Of a stretch of 64,000 bases of DNA, positions 52,660-64,000 are shown one piece after another. The stretch's first letter is position 1, and every line of letters begins with the position of its first letter. Both the position numbers and the translations under genes were made by a program. The notes beneath the pieces are model-generated. The model saw nothing but the letters and a program-made list of their open reading frames with translations. It ran no database searches and was not told where the DNA came from. The stretch is from Eledone cirrhosa (taxonomy: Eukaryota), in the NCBI GenBank assembly GCA_964016885.1, contig OZ024741.1:273110001-273174000 (forward strand), given 5' to 3'.

Positions 52660-53991
52660 CCCTTTAGCATTTACATTACTCTATAAAATGTACGCAATGC
52701 AGATCTTGGGTACACAAGAGCTGTAGTGGGATAGCAGGCAAACTAACAGGTAGGGAAAACTACATATGCAGTAGATGTACAAGGAAATTTGACAGTAGAA
52801 GTCGCATTCATAGACATATTTTTCAAATGCAGGTAGGTTCTATAGAAGTGGTTGATAGCTTCCGGGACCTAGGTGATCAGATTAGCATGGGAGGAGGGTG
52901 TTCCGAGGCCATAGTATCTAGAATGACGGGTTGGAAGAAGTTTAGGGAGCTGCTTCCTCTGCTGACGAAAAAGAGTTTCTCCCTGCGTACGAAAGGCCGG
53001 TTATATGATGCCTGTGTGAGATGCGCGATGCTGCATGGTAGTGAGACATGGGCAGCAACTGCAGAGGATATGCGATAGCTGGAGAGAAATGAAGCAAGCA
53101 TGCTCCGTTGGATGTGCAATGTCAATGTACGTGAACGACCGAGCATGGATGTGTTGAGAGAGAAACTGTGTTTAAGAGGGTTAAGTTGTAGTGTGCAGGA
53201 GAGAAGACTGCGATGGTATGGACATGTGATGTGCATGGAGGAGGACCGCTTGGTAAAGAAGTGCCAAGAAATCCCAGTAGAAGGAAGACGCAGTAGCGGT
53301 AGACCACAAAAACATGGGCGGAGGTGGTGAGAGCAGACCTCAGATCGCTGAAGCTCACGGAGGAGATGACGAAGGACCGTGACAAGTGGAGAGATGCTGT
53401 GCTGAATAGGACCCGTCCCACCCTTCCAAGCAGGGAAAAGCGGACGTAAAATGATGATGATGATGATATATTTACTATTGTATTTTCATGATAGAGGCTT
53501 TACCTCACATAATTATCTCACATAACATTTACATTACTCTATATTAACTATTGTATTTTCATGGTAGAGGCTTTACCTCACACAATTATCTCATATAGAA
53601 TCTCACATAACATTTACATTACTCTATATTAACTATTGTATTTTCATGGTAGAGGCTTTTCCTCACATAATTATCTCACATAATATCTCACATAACATTT
53701 ACATTACTCTATAGTTACTATTGTATTTTCATGGTAGAGGCTTTACCTCACATAATCACTCACATTATATCTCACATAACATTTACATTACTCTATAGTT
53801 ACTATTGTATTTTCATGGTAGAGGTTTACCTCACATAATTATCTCACATAATATGGAATCTATGAGATTTTAATGTTATTTATTTTGAGAACAATACTTT
53901 AAGGTCGGTATGAGTGGCTAGTTAAGGCTGGTTTGAACAGAAAGAGGTGAGAGAATTCTGGCCAGATATGGCCGGTTTAAATGCTAAAGGG
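52660..53991. mobile_element. piggyBac-type MITE with internal ~60-70 bp tandem repeats, interrupted by an RTE insertion
   Basis: TTAA|CCCTTTAGCATTTA ... TAAATGCTAAAGGG|TTAA: 14-bp TIR and TTAA TSD on both sides. Confidence 0.9.
52686..53466 (+). mobile_element. RTE LINE family A 3' fragment nested in the piggyBac MITE
   Basis: KCTQCRSWVHKSCSGIAGKL...GWKKFRELLPLL...HGSETW...; (ATG)n tail. MITE sequence CATTACTCTATA|TTTACTATT resumes after it. Confidence 0.93.
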
Positions 53992-54359
53992 TTAAATAAC
54001 TCCTCTTAATTTTTTTCGTCCGTAGAATTTCCACGGATCCCATTAGTTTTCTTATATTCTTTCCGCTTCTCTTTATTTTCTGTTCTTCATATTCATATTC
54101 TATTTGCTAGTTTTCAACCGTTATTGTCTCTGTTGTTCTATATTCACAAGCATGTTTGTCAAGATTTAATCTATTGATTTTCAACGACCAGATAAAATTA
54201 CGTATTTACTTGTAGATATTTTGTGACATTCTAACAGAATGCTACTTATTTACATATAAATGTGTTCTTTGTTGAGTCACTACTGTTATTGAACAATGAA
54301 CTGAAAGGTGAAACTTAGAATAGTATTAGTTGAAGTTTCGGTATGTGTATATGTACGTA

Positions 54360-54361
<2 letters not shown>

Positions 54362-54416
<55 letters not shown>

Positions 54417-54858
54417 ATATAATATATGTATATATAATATATGTATATATATATGTATGTATATATAATATATGTATATATATATGTATGTATATATAAT
54501 ATATGTATATATATATGTATGTATATATAATATATGTATATATATATGTATGTATATATAATATATGTATATATATATGTATGTATATATAATATATGTA
54601 TATATATATGTATGTATATATAATATATGTATATATATATGTATGTATATATAATATATGTATATATGTATGTATGTATATATAATATATGTATATATGT
54701 ATGTATGTATATATAATATATGTATATATATATGTATGTATATATAATATATGTATATATATATGTATGTATATATAATATATGTATATATATATGTATG
54801 TATGTATATATAATATATGTATATATATATATGTGTGTGTGTGTGTGTATATATATAT
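54362..54858. repeat. (TA)n-derived tract with ~29-bp higher-order unit
   Basis: Recurrent ATATATATGTATGTATATATAATATATGT unit. Confidence 0.93.
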
Positions 54859-54920
54859 AGGAAAATGTTTAACCCCGACGGCAGAGATCAAGCCGTTTCG
54901 ACGGCTATATATACATATAT

Positions 54921-54996
54921 ATATTTAATATAGAAATGGCTTCTACAGGATTAGAACTGTTTCATTCTGGAGAAATCATCAGGAAATATTAAATAT
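54921..54996 (-). ncRNA. Complete type I hammerhead ribozyme motif, predicted cleavage between 54944 and 54943
   Basis: Minus strand: ATATTTAATAT-TTC-CTGATGA-t-TTC-tcca-GAA-t-GAA-ACAG-ttctaatc-CTGT-A^-GAA-gccatttct-ATATTAAATAT. All core nucleotides and three helices are present. Confidence 0.82.
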
Positions 54997-55170
54997 TTAT
55001 ACTCTGCTATGTATTGAGTACTTTACCGACTGTGGTTACCCCTGATCGATTGAACCCTGGATAAACATGTATATATATATACATGTATATATATATACAG
55101 TGCCCCAGCATGGCCTCAGCCGGATGGCTGAAACAGGTAAAAGAGTAAAAGAGTAGTACAGTATATATAC

Positions 55171-55387
55171 TGAAGGCGTGTGGCTGAGTGGTTAGAGAAT
55201 TGGATTCGCAATCGTAAGGTTGTGAGTTCGATTCCTGGACCAGGCGATGCGTTATGTCCTTGAGCAAGACACTTTATTTCACGTTGCTCCTTCTACCTGG
55301 AGTTGCGACCGATAGATAGTATTAGCAATTGGAAAGACCAACGGAAACATTGTTCCCTCGGTCCGATTTGACGAAAGTCGATCGTTA
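55171..55387 (+). mobile_element. SINE family 2, nearly identical to 37402-37617
   Basis: Same sequence and same truncation point (GACGAAAGTCGATCGTT). Confidence 0.92.
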
Positions 55388-55388
55388 A

Positions 55389-55440
<52 letters not shown>

Positions 55441-55486
55441 GTGTGGTTGACAGCTGATAGAAAGGAGTACTCATGTGTCAATATCA

Positions 55487-55604
55487 ATTTATTAAGGCTA
55501 AAAAGTGAGTCTTGTTACTCTGGAGTTTCACCAGATGTCTAATGACCCTGTGTTAAACAGGCGAAACTTCAAAGTAATAAGACTCACTTTTTGCCTTAAT
55601 AAAT
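55487..55604. repeat. ~118-bp palindrome with a decayed hammerhead motif in its loop and right arm
   Basis: ATTTATTAAGGC.AAAAAGTGAGTCTT.TTACT.TG.AGTTTC.CC / GGCGAAACTTCAAAGTAATAAGACTCACTTTTTGCCTTAATAAAT; internal CTAATGA-c-CCTG-tgttaaa-CAGG-c-GAAACT-tcaa-AGTA. Confidence 0.85.
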
Positions 55605-55759
55605 ATGAATATATATATATATATGGTGGGGGATGTACCTGAAGAAAAAAACCAGAACGATTCCAAGAATCTCAACACATACAAAATGTTTTATGTATTT
55701 TTATTGATACAAATCGATTTTTTTCTTTCACTGTTTCTTTTTATCTCCCTCCAACTCAG

Positions 55760-55928
55760 GTACAACCTTGGAACGGTCTACTTTGCTTCTAACCATTTTG
55801 CCAGAGCGAAATACCAATGGCAAGAAGCGTTGAAGGTATTTGAGAAATTTTATGGCGCGAAACATTGCAATACAGTTGCAGCAGCCGATGCCTTAAGGGA
55901 GGTAACTGTGCTAGTGGACTCCAAATAG
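55760..55928 (+). CDS. TPR-protein gene, terminal coding exon F: (R)[55 protein letters not shown]
   Basis: Long pyrimidine tract plus CTCAG|, phase 2 matches exon E, last TPR unit and TAG stop. The six exons total 945 nt (314 aa plus stop). Confidence 0.92.
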
Positions 55929-56065
55929 AACTTGAAAGGATTCTGTAAGGGAAGTAACCATTGTAGTAAACTGAAAAAAGATCTGGAAGGTTCCTGAACA
56001 CTCGATTTATTGCTTTTTATTATTGCGTAAAAAATAGTTGTCGGATGGAACACAAAATAGAGTAA

Positions 56066-56814
<749 letters not shown>

Positions 56815-56965
56815 GGGAATTGCACTAGTTTGATAAATGACTGTATTTGAAACCATGTACTAACACTCAACTACTTTATAGTTGAGTTATATTAACATTT
56901 TAGTCATCAACTTCCTTAAACCCGACCCTTGTTCTATCATACAAAGCTGCTTATTTTATAGTGTT

Positions 56966-57944
56966 TACTCTCGGGTCTCGTATAATCCAGCCTCCTACCC
57001 CACTTATTCATTTTTCAGATCTCCACGCCCATGTCGTCCACTCTTATTTCAAGCCCAGCCCCCTCACTTTCTAATTTTTCAGATTTTTTCCAACCCGTCC
57101 ACCCCACCTGCCGCCCGTCCGCTCTTATTCCAAGCCTCCCTCCCATTTATTAATTTTCCAGATTTTCACCCCCCCCCCCCCGCCGTCCATTCTTAATCCA
57201 AGCCCCCCCCCCACATTTATTAATTTTTCAGATTGTTTCCACCTCCCCCATGCCGCCCGCTCTTATTTCAAGCCCACCCTCCCTCCATTTATTAATTTCC
57301 CAGATTTTGTGCTACCTCACCCCCGCCCCTCGCTGCCTGGTCTTGTTCCAAGCCCCCTCTCCCTCATTTATTAATTTTCCAGATTTTTCCAACCTGACCC
57401 AACCACCCCGCCGCCCGTCCACTCTTATTTCAAGCCACCACCACCCATTTATACATTTTTCAGATTCACCCCCCCCCCCCCCCATTGCCGCCCACTCTTA
57501 TTCCAAGCCCCACCCCCTCTTATTAATTTTTTAGATTATTTTTCACCCTCCCCCTCCCGCTCATATTCCACCTCCACCTCCACTTATTAAATTTTACTAA
57601 TCTATCTTTGGCGAAATTTTATTTTAAGTGGTAGCATTCCTGCTGCGACAATTGATTATTTTTAGACATGAAAAACATTATATATGACAACAAAATGACA
57701 TTACCATAAGTCCCATATGTTATAGAATAAATAGGATGGGTTTTCTTTTTGTGTGTGTGGGGTGGGGTGGGGGGGGGGGGGTGTATCAATATCTAAACTA
57801 AACGACTAATTCTGTTTTTTGTAAAAAATGCAACAGAGACAATCTAGAAAAATTACCGATTTTCCAACCTACCGCTTATCCGCCCCCTGCTTATTCCAGC
57901 CCGCCACTTATCCCCCACCCCCTATTATTTGGGGCTCGAGAATA
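56966..57944. mobile_element. Probable Tc1/mariner-superfamily MITE with internal ~60-bp C-rich tandem repeats
   Basis: Imperfect TIRs TACTCTCGGGTCTCGTATAAT / ATTATTTGGGGCTCGAGAATA with TA ends; internal unit CCGCCCGCTCTTATTCCAAGCCCC..ATTTATTAATTTTCCAGATTTT at 57000-57600. Confidence 0.6.
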
Positions 57945-58031
57945 TACTTATCTTAAATCCCTCTGTCATAGACTTATGTCAGAACATTTAAGATTAATAG
58001 CGACAAATTTGTTATATTACTAAATTCCTCC

Positions 58032-58225
58032 AAGGCGGTGGATCGGCGGTAATCGGAGGAGTGTCGGACAATATGCTTTGCAGCATAGAGTTACGGCCTT
58101 TTACGTTCTGAGTTCAAATACCGCCGAAGTTAGCTTTGCCTTTCATCGCTACGGGGGTCGATAAAATAAAGTACCAGTAATACACTGGGATAATTGCTGG
58201 CCTTGTGCCAAAAGTAGAAACAATT
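58032..58225 (+). mobile_element. SINE family 1; further pieces at 50523-50650 (-), 51243-51315 (+), 51833-51925 (-), 58600-58690 (+), 60187-60255 (+)
   Basis: Same head, B box and body as 35267-35470. Confidence 0.88.
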
Positions 58226-58764
58226 ATCTCACATATCTCACATATCCTTTACATTACTCTATATATACTATTATATTGTCATAGTAAAGGCACCGGGGTC
58301 AATTTATTCGACTTTCCCCTCCTCACCAAATATTTGGTCTTGTGCTTAAATCAGAAACCATGAGTAAATCCCTTCAAGTTCTATATTATTTGGAAACCAT
58401 GGACTGTGTGTTTTATTAGAAACATGGTAACGAAAGGGTTAATAGTACTGTTTATTAAGAAATGTCAATTAGTTTCGTCACACTTCTGCAGCCTCGTCAT
58501 TGACACAATTCCACTATATCCACAATAAATCTGTTATAGGCCATAATCTATTAGACTCGTGTTTTGTTTTCTTTGTTTTCTTGTTTTCTACAGGTTCCCG
58601 GCTGGTGGATTAACAGTAATCGGTAGAGCGTCGGACAACATGCTACGGCATAGAGTTATTTCTGTTTACGTCCTGAGTTAATATCCCACAGAGTTTTTAC
58701 TGGGGATGCACATTTGCATATAGCAAATAAAAAGCATCGGCTGGAAATGCTCATTTGCATAAAC

Positions 58765-60144
58765 TTATTATTGCCCTTCAGGCTATAACAGAGGAGTTCA
58801 AGACAGGCTGCCCATGGGAACTCCTATACGCAGACGACCTGACACTCATAGCGGAATCAATGGCCGAGCTAGAGAAGAAATTCCAAACATGGAAGCACGG
58901 CCTAGAGTCAAAAGGACTTAAAATTAACCTGGCTAAGACCAAAGTACTAGTTTGTAGGAAAGAAAACAAGGCGGCGGTCCCTTCTGGGAAATGGTCGTGC
59001 TCGGTGTGTAGGAAAGGCGTAGGTAGAAACTCCATTTTATGTCCTAAATGCAAAGTATGGGTGCATAAAAGATGTAGTGGGATCACAGGTAAGCTAACTA
59101 AGAACATAGATTTTACATGTGGCCGGTGCTCTGGTGCAATAAGTAGCAGCAAGTGCCCACAAACTACTAGCTCCTTCAATTGCGCAGAGGGTTCTATAGA
59201 AATAGTGGACAGCTTCCGTTACCTGGGCGATAAAATCAGCAGTGGGGGAGGGTGCTCTGAAAGTACTGTAGCTAGAGTCAGAACTGGTTGGAAAAAGTTC
59301 AGAGAGCTTATACCACTATTAGCTGCTAAAGGGTTCTCACTAAAAATGAAAGGCAGGTTGTACGATGCCTGCATACGAACAGCAATGCTGCATGGCAGTG
59401 AGACCTGGGCATTGTGTGCAGAGGATATACGCAGACTAGAGAGGAACGAAGCTTGCATGCTCCGCTGGATGTGTAACAGTAATATACGTGAACGGCAAAG
59501 CATAAACGAACTAAGGAAAAAATTAGAGATAAGAGGGATCAGATGTTGTTTACTCGAGAGAAGGCTACGTTGGTATGGACACGTGATGCGCATGAAAGTC
59601 GATAGCTGTATAACAAAGTGCAGGGCAATAAAGATAGACGGTAGTCACGGAATAGGCAGACCTAGAAAAACCTGGGACGAGCTGATAAACTCCGACATCA
59701 CACACTTACACCTCTCCAAGACAATGTCACTGGACCGAGACCTTTGGCGGTACTCAGTAACAGAGAAGACCCGCCTTACCTAAATATATAGTAAACCCCG
59801 TCCCACCCCCACCACCCCCACCCGATCCACACCACCCCGTTCTATGTAAAGTTATGTTGGTGCCGCGCCATCGAGGCCGAAACAAATGAGATCGTGTAGG
59901 TGTCACGACAAAAAAACACACAGTCCACGCTGTAATGTGGCCGTGTAGGCAACACGGTAAAAACCTCCCAGACCCACACTGTAAATGTGGTTGGTGTTAG
60001 GAAGGGCATCCAACTGTAGAAAACCTGCCAGACAGTCCTATGCGAGCAAGACAATCACTCTTGCCTCAAGTGGGACTACCCCCGTCCAAACCCATGCAAG
60101 CGTGGAACACGGACGTTAAACGTTGATGATGATGATGATGATGA
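58765..60144 (+). mobile_element. RTE LINE family B, young 5'-truncated copy with an uninterrupted ~340-codon ORF remnant (RT C-terminus, PHD-like finger, C-terminal domain) and full 3' UTR
   Basis: ORF 58755-59783: LLYADDL...CSVCRKGVGRNSILCPKCKVWVHKRC...CGRC...FRYLG...HGSETW...GRPRKTW; no stops; (ATG)n tail. Confidence 0.96.
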
Positions 60145-60299
60145 TATCGTATATGTTTTCATACACACCCGTATTATTATTTTGAATCGATAAAATAAAG
60201 TACCAGTAATGCACTGGTTAATTGCTGGCCTTGTGCCTAAAGTAGAAACAATTATTATTTTGAATCGTACACTCGAAACATTTATAACACTACCTTTAC

Positions 60300-60673
60300 C
60301 CCTTTAGCATTTACATTACTCTATATTTACTATTATATTTTCATGGTAAAGGCTTTACTTCACATAATATCTCATATATCATTTACATTACTCTATATAT
60401 ACTATTGTATTTTCACAGTAAAGGCTTTACCTCACATAATTATCTCACATAATATCTCACATATCATTTACATTACTCTATATTTACTATTATATTTTCA
60501 TGGTAAAGGCTTTACTTCACATAATATCTCACATATCTAATTTATGAGATTTTGATATTATTTATTTTGAGAACAATACCTTAACATAAATATAAGCAGC
60601 CAATTATGACAGATTTGAACAGAAGGAGGTGAGAGAATTCTGGCCGGATATGGCCAGTTTAAATGCTAAAGGG
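60300..60673. mobile_element. Second, uninterrupted copy of the piggyBac-type MITE
   Basis: CCCTTTAGCATTTA ... TAAATGCTAAAGGG with the same internal repeats; TTAA flanks are decayed. Confidence 0.87.
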
Positions 60674-60739
60674 TTTTAAGATTTCAAGGTTAGACTCAGT
60701 CTTCAAGCACAAAAATCGAAATACATTAAATATATTTAT

Positions 60740-62081
60740 GATCCAGGTTTTATAAGAGTTACCTTCTTTGACTATGTAAATTAACAACATTTCTGGTCAC
60801 GCCATCTCTACCCACGAGATCTCATCCCAGAATCTCATTCAAGCATTTTAATTTTCACGCCAAGAGAAAGGCAAACCCTCACAGTTTGCAAATGTATTCC
60901 GTGACTTGCTTTTACAGTATACAAATGTATTCTGAGCCTCGCTTTGAAATCTAAGGTAGCGGTTATAAAGGCTTCGAGAGGTACGATGTACGATTCATAG
61001 CAAATAATATAGTTCTTTTTTATATAGGGAGCGACTTTTCTCTTTTTCAGATCTAATGACTCTTTGCTATACACACATACACACACGCGCGCACACATAT
61101 ATATATTCAAGATTTTAAGAAAGCCAAGGACAGGAAATTATTATTTATTCATACAACGAGCTTATCTCATCTTATCAATGAAATAGTGAAGTACTACACT
61201 ATAACCTCTTATACATATATATATACCATCACTTCCAGGTCCCGGGTAAATATTTCATTCATTTATTTTGTTTGACCCGTATAGCTTGCTTCGTTTTTTT
61301 GGCTTAAGTGGTTGATAGCTTCTTAACCGCCGTCTCAGTTTCTATGGCCTTTATAACATGTTTATTGCTCTGGTCTCTTTTGGTCCATGGAGCGCTTGCC
61401 AACACAAATCGGAAATTGCGTTTCGCTTATTTCTACCAGCCAAAATGCGATTCTCACTGAATTTATATTATTGAGCCCTCTGCCGCTCATATCGGATTTC
61501 GTTTTTCGTTAACTCGTGCGCCGATTTTTCGATACTCGATCTTTCTAATATATTTAGCTCTGGACATAGCTATCCACCAGTTAATTTTATTGCTCATATT
61601 TTGTCGATTCTATTGAGTGATGAATAGCTTTTGTTTTATTTTAACATGTCTATTGAGCACTCTAATTCGATATGTGTATTTCCACATTCACTCGAATTAT
61701 TTTCGCGGATATAGGGGTCATCTCCCTTGTCTAATGCCATGTGCGTTTTTCACCGCTAGTTGACTCCTTTGCCGCCAGGATAAAACTCGTTGACAACGTA
61801 AACTCCATTCCACTTATTCTAGTAGGCTTTTATATTTATATGTGAGCTGATAGAGTACTGTCTAAGGATTTACAGAAACCCATGAAGCTAGATTTAACAC
61901 CTTTCTAGTGGGTCCGGGTATGATTTTACATTCATTTAAATTATTGACGTATTGTTTTATTGATATTTTTTATCTGTTTGGCCCGAATCTTCCTTTATCG
62001 ATTTTAAATCGTATGGTTGATTGTAGACTTGTTCTATATGTGACGGTATTTTAACGATAGTTATAGCTCTGATTCATCTGA
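60740..62081 (-). pseudogene. Possible highly decayed BEL/Pao LTR-retrotransposon pol remnant (RNase H to integrase zinc-finger region)
   Basis: Colinear weak motifs in shifting minus-strand frames: PTRKVLNLASWV (~PTKRxVLSxxASIFDP), THIELECSID (~IELHxFSDAS), IAMSR (~IAKSR), NSVRIAFWL...FPICVGKR (~DSxIxLxWI...FxxFVANR), PEQ*...KGHRN (~PEQWRHVPGxENPAD), KVAPYIKK, RLRIHLYTVKASHG (~RLIIxHYHxxxxHG), MRFW. Confidence 0.5.
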
Positions 62082-64000
62082 ATTATTGAGCCCTCTGCCG
62101 CTCATATCGGATTTCGTTTTTCGTTAACTCGTGCGCCGATTTTTCGATACTCGATCTTTCTAATATATTTAGCTCTGGACATAGCTATCCACCAGTTAAT
62201 TTTATTGCTCATATTTTGTCGATTCTATTGAGTGATGAATAGCTTTTGTTTTATTTTAACATGTCTATTGAGCACTCTAATTCGATATGTGTATTTCCAC
62301 ATTCACTCGAATTATTTTCGCGGATATAGGGGTCATCTCCCTTGTCTAATGCCATGTGCGTTTTTCACCGCTAGTTGACTCCTTTGCCGCCAGGATAAAA
62401 CTCGTTGACAACGTAAACTCCATTCCACTTATTCTAGTAGGCTTTTATATTTATATGTGAGCTGATAGAGTACTGTCTAAGGATTTACAGAAACCCATGA
62501 AGCTAGATTTAACACCTTTCTAGTGGGTCCGGGTATGATTTTACATTCATTTAAATTATTGACGTATTGTTTTATTGATATTTTTTATCTGTTTGGCCCG
62601 AATCTTCCTTTATCGATTTTAAATCGTATGGTTGATTGTAGACTTGTTCTATATGTGACGGTATTTTAACGATAGTTATAGCTCTGATTCATCTGAATTA
62701 TTGAGCCCTCTGCCGCTCATATCGGATTTCGTTTTTCGTTAACTCGTGCGCCGATTTTTCGATACTCGATCTTTCTAATATATTTAGCTCTGGACATAGC
62801 TATCCACCAGTTAATTTTATTGCTCATATTTTGTCGATTCTATTGAGTGATGAATAGCTTTTGTTTTATTTTAACATGTCTATTGAGCACTCTAATTCGA
62901 TATGTGTATTTCCACATTCACTCGAATTATTTTCGCGGATATAGGGGTCATCTCCCTTGTCTAATGCCATGTGCGTTTTTCACCGCTAGTTGACTCCTTT
63001 GCCGCCAGGATAAAACTCGTTGACAACGTAAACTCCATTCCACTTATTCTAGTAGGCTTTTATATTTATATGTGAGCTGATAGAGTACTGTCTAAGGATT
63101 TACAGAAACCCATGAAGCTAGATTTAACACCTTTCTAGTGGGTCCGGGTATGATTTTACATTCATTTAAATTATTGACGTATTGTTTTATTGATATTTTT
63201 TATCTGTTTGGCCCGAATCTTCCTTTATCGATTTTAAATCGTATGGTTGATTGTAGACTTGTTCTATATGTGACGGTATTTTAACGATAGTTATAGCTCT
63301 GATTCATCTGAATTATTGAGCCCTCTGCCGCTCATATCGGATTTCGTTTTTCGTTAACTCGTGCGCCGATTTTTCGATACTCGATCTTTCTAATATATTT
63401 AGCTCTGGACATAGCTATCCACCAGTTAATTTTATTGCTCATATTTTGTCGATTCTATTGAGTGATGAATAGCTTTTGTTTTATTTTAACATGTCTATTG
63501 AGCACTCTAATTCGATATGTGTATTTCCACATTCACTCGAATTATTTTCGCGGATATAGGGGTCATCTCCCTTGTCTAATGCCATGTGCGTTTTTCACCG
63601 CTAGTTGACTCCTTTGCCGCCAGGATAAAACTCGTTGACAACGTAAACTCCATTCCACTTATTCTAGTAGGCTTTTATATTTATATGTGAGCTGATAGAG
63701 TACTGTCTAAGGATTTACAGAAACCCATGAAGCTAGATTTAACACCTTTCTAGTGGGTCCGGGTATGATTTTACATTCATTTAAATTATTGACGTATTGT
63801 TTTATTGATATTTTTTATCTGTTTGGCCCGAATCTTCCTTTATCGATTTTAAATCGTATGGTTGATTGTAGACTTGTTCTATATGTGACGGTATTTTAAC
63901 GATAGTTATAGCTCTGATTCATCTGAATTATTGAGCCCTCTGCCGCTCATATCGGATTTCGTTTTTCGTTAACTCGTGCGCCGATTTTTCGATACTCGAT
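61467..64000. repeat. 615-bp tandem array: 4 complete, apparently identical units plus a partial fifth, running off the window
   Basis: TTGAGCCCTCTGCCGCTCAT at 61471, 62086, 62701, 63316 and 63931. Confidence 0.99.

Noticed and set aside
58755-59783. Host gene or autonomous retrotransposon
   Set aside because: 5'-truncated RTE copy starting mid-RT at a non-ATG codon, with no endonuclease domain.

Overview
Eukaryotic, repeat-rich animal genomic DNA. The SINE/RTE-LINE repertoire and long (TA)n tracts suggest a coleoid cephalopod such as an octopus, but this is inference. Bases 1-26330 are one ~88-bp satellite array with nested higher-order repeats. From 33075 to 55928 six GT-AG exons splice in frame (+ strand) into the C-terminal 314 aa of a TPR protein with ~42-aa kinesin-light-chain/nephrocystin-3-type repeats; most of these exons are missed by the ORF track. 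The introns hold RTE, CR1-like, L1/Tx1-like and R4/Dong-like LINE fragments, two tRNA-derived SINE families, a Helitron, piggyBac/hAT/Tc1-type MITEs and several minisatellites. The most notable signal is a set of type I hammerhead-ribozyme motifs from several sequence families. Two lie in a ~414-bp unit arranged as tandem plus inverted copies (Penelope-like/retrozyme architecture), one is a complete canonical fold at 54921-54996, and several are decayed or half ribozymes inside palindromes. The window ends in a near-perfect 615-bp tandem array that appears to derive from a decayed BEL/Pao pol region. All calls were made by eye; no searches were run.
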